From Bacteriovoracaceae bacterium (GTDB lineage: Bacteria > Bdellovibrionota > Bacteriovoracia > Bacteriovoracales > Bacteriovoracaceae), in NCBI GenBank assembly GCA_018649885.1, contig JABIHA010000040.1:1-37158 (forward strand): DNA of 37,158 nt. Direction: 5' to 3'. The position numbers and the translations under genes were made by a program. The notes below the pieces were generated by a model that was given only the letters and a program-made list of their open reading frames with translations, did no database searches and was not told where the DNA came from. Below, one piece after another: positions 35,596 to 37,158 of the stretch (the stretch's first letter is position 1; every line of letters begins with the position of its first letter).

Positions 35596-37011
35596 TTGAA
35601 AAGTGAATTCGTAGAGCTCACAAGAAAAAAAATGGCTGCAGTGGTACAAATTTATGTTGAAGGCCATATTGGCGAGGACGTAAAATGTATTTTAAATCCA
35701 AGGTTGGGTGATCTCGAAACCTGGAGTGGCTCGGGATTTTTCATCAAATGTCCCTTCGGAAAAGATCTAATCGTCACAAATGCCCATGTGGTTAAGAATG
35801 CTAAGTCCATTGAAATTATGTCTATGCTTACCTCCGAAGAGAGGTTTGAAGCAGAACTTGTTGGCATTGTTAGAGAGGAAGAACCTGATATTGCAATTAT
35901 TAAGCTTAAAGAAGGTGAGCTTGGAAGATTAAAAAAGTCTGCCGTGGCAGATATTCCCTATCTTAGTTTGCGCATGAAAAATGATATTCCGAGGGGAACA
36001 AGACTTAAGGCCATTGGTTATCCAATGGGGATGAGTGAGCCAAATATTACAGGAGGTGAGATTACCAATTTTATCTCAGGTGATAGACAGCTGGCCGAAA
36101 AATATGTCACCGACGCTGCTATTAACCCAGGTAACTCTGGGGGGCCGGCCATTGATGAAGAGGGAAATGTCATCGGGATGAATACCTCAATTTTTCAAGA
36201 GGCCGAAAATATCGGTTTTATTACCCCTGCTAACTTTATCTCTATTATTTTAAAAAATATCTTTAAAAATAATGCCATTTGTTTTGCCGACCTGGGTGGC
36301 AATTTTCAGCGAAACTCAGAAGTGGTGGCAGCTCAGCTTAGTATGAAAAAAAGTGCAGGAATTATTGTGAGCTCTCTTGAAAAGGGAGGATTCCTTGAAC
36401 AGGCGGGTGTTATTGTCGGAGATGTGATAATAGGCGTTGATGGAGACAGTTTTGATCGCCACGGTATTTGTTTGGGGAAGCAGTACTATCATAGAAGAAA
36501 TATTTTCGATATTTTCAAACTCAGCCCAATTGGCAAAGTGGTAGAGCTTACCATTTGGAGAGATGGCAAAAAGAAAAAGATCAAGGCAAAAGCTGCTGGC
36601 CTTCCCAAAAGAAAAATTGCATCAAGGCCGTTTATCAAAGAGCGCCATTTCTTAGATCTTTGGGGAATGACAATTCAAGTACTGTCTTTTGAAATAGTAG
36701 AGGCCTTTCATTTGATTGATAATCAAGTTTTCTACCAAATTTTGAAAAATGCCGACATCCAAAAAGAGCGCTTAATTGTTACTCATATCCAAAAGGGGAG
36801 TTCCGCAGATCAACAAGAATGGTCTATTGGTGAGGTACTTTATAGCTTTGAAGGTACTAAAATTCGGGGACTATTACACCTGTTAAAGCTTGTTGGAAAA
36901 AGTAAAAAAGTTGCAAAATTTGTTTCTGAAGCGGGCACAATTGGGTATTTTGATTCTAAAAGCCTGGAAGAAATGCTATATGTGCACAATCCCTCTGAGT
37001 ATTTAAGTTAA
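35596..37011 (+). CDS. HtrA/DegP-like trypsin serine protease with PDZ domain(s), no signal peptide
   Basis: GSGFF, TNAHVV, PDIAIIKL, TDAAINPGNSGGP, C-terminal PDZ-like GVIVGDVIIGVDG; AGAGAGG RBS before the TTG. Confidence 0.92.
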   Translation: MKSEFVELTRKKMAAVVQIYVEGHIGEDVKCILNPRLGDLETWSGSGFFIKCPFGKDLIVTNAHVVKNAKSIEIMSMLTSEERFEAELVGIVREEEPDIAIIKLKEGELGRLKKSAVADIPYLSLRMKNDIPRGTRLKAIGYPMGMSEPNITGGEITNFISGDRQLAEKYVTDAAINPGNSGGPAIDEEGNVIGMNTSIFQEAENIGFITPANFISIILKNIFKNNAICFADLGGNFQRNSEVVAAQLSMKKSAGIIVSSLEKGGFLEQAGVIVGDVIIGVDGDSFDRHGICLGKQYYHRRNIFDIFKLSPIGKVVELTIWRDGKKKKIKAKAAGLPKRKIASRPFIKERHFLDLWGMTIQVLSFEIVEAFHLIDNQVFYQILKNADIQKERLIVTHIQKGSSADQQEWSIGEVLYSFEGTKIRGLLHLLKLVGKSKKVAKFVSEAGTIGYFDSKSLEEMLYVHNPSEYLS

Positions 37012-37017
37012 AGATAA

Positions 37018-37158
37018 TTATGAAGCTTTTGTATAGTCGGGGTAGTTTTCAGGTTTGTAGATGTAGATATTAGTTCTCTCGCCTCTGTATATATTATTTG
37101 AATCTTTTCTTGTTGGTGGCGGGATTTTTTTGCCCGCTTTGTTGTAGAGACTTTCTGA
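37018..37158 (-). CDS. Possible 3' end of a convergent gene entering from the right edge
   Basis: 47 open codons (SESLYNKAGKK...DYTKAS*) reaching the window edge. Confidence 0.3.
   Translation of the reverse strand, partial: SESLYNKAGKKIPPPTRKDSNNIYRGERTNIYIYKPENYPDYTKAS

Overview
Chromosomal window from a moderately AT-rich Gram-negative bacterium. The fibre lipoprotein, kinase family and sigma28-like promoters suggest Bdellovibrionota/Bacteriovoracia, but this is inference. Left part: a repeat-rich tail-fibre-like lipoprotein running off the left edge (missing from the ORF track), a sensor kinase, and two secreted tocopherol-cyclase/AttH-fold proteins. Centre: a probable low-oxygen block containing an octaheme HAO-like cytochrome (split by a 1-nt frameshift in a G5 run), an unknown protein, a tetraheme cytochrome, NrfC/NrfD-like subunits, a long-form pyruvate:ferredoxin oxidoreductase, and a moeA-moaA-moaC-mobBA-moaD-moaE operon behind a Moco riboswitch. 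Right part: a ~14.5 kb insertion with no integrase, bounded by a 62-bp duplication of the moaE 3' end. It carries a beta-helix lipoprotein, a secreted Cys-rich protein, a 2.8k-aa cyclic beta-1,2-glucan synthase, several gene fragments (IS6 transposase, kinase, others), three short tandem arrays, and two copies of an unrecognised ~135-nt covarying structured element sitting at fragment junctions. An HtrA-like protease follows the island.
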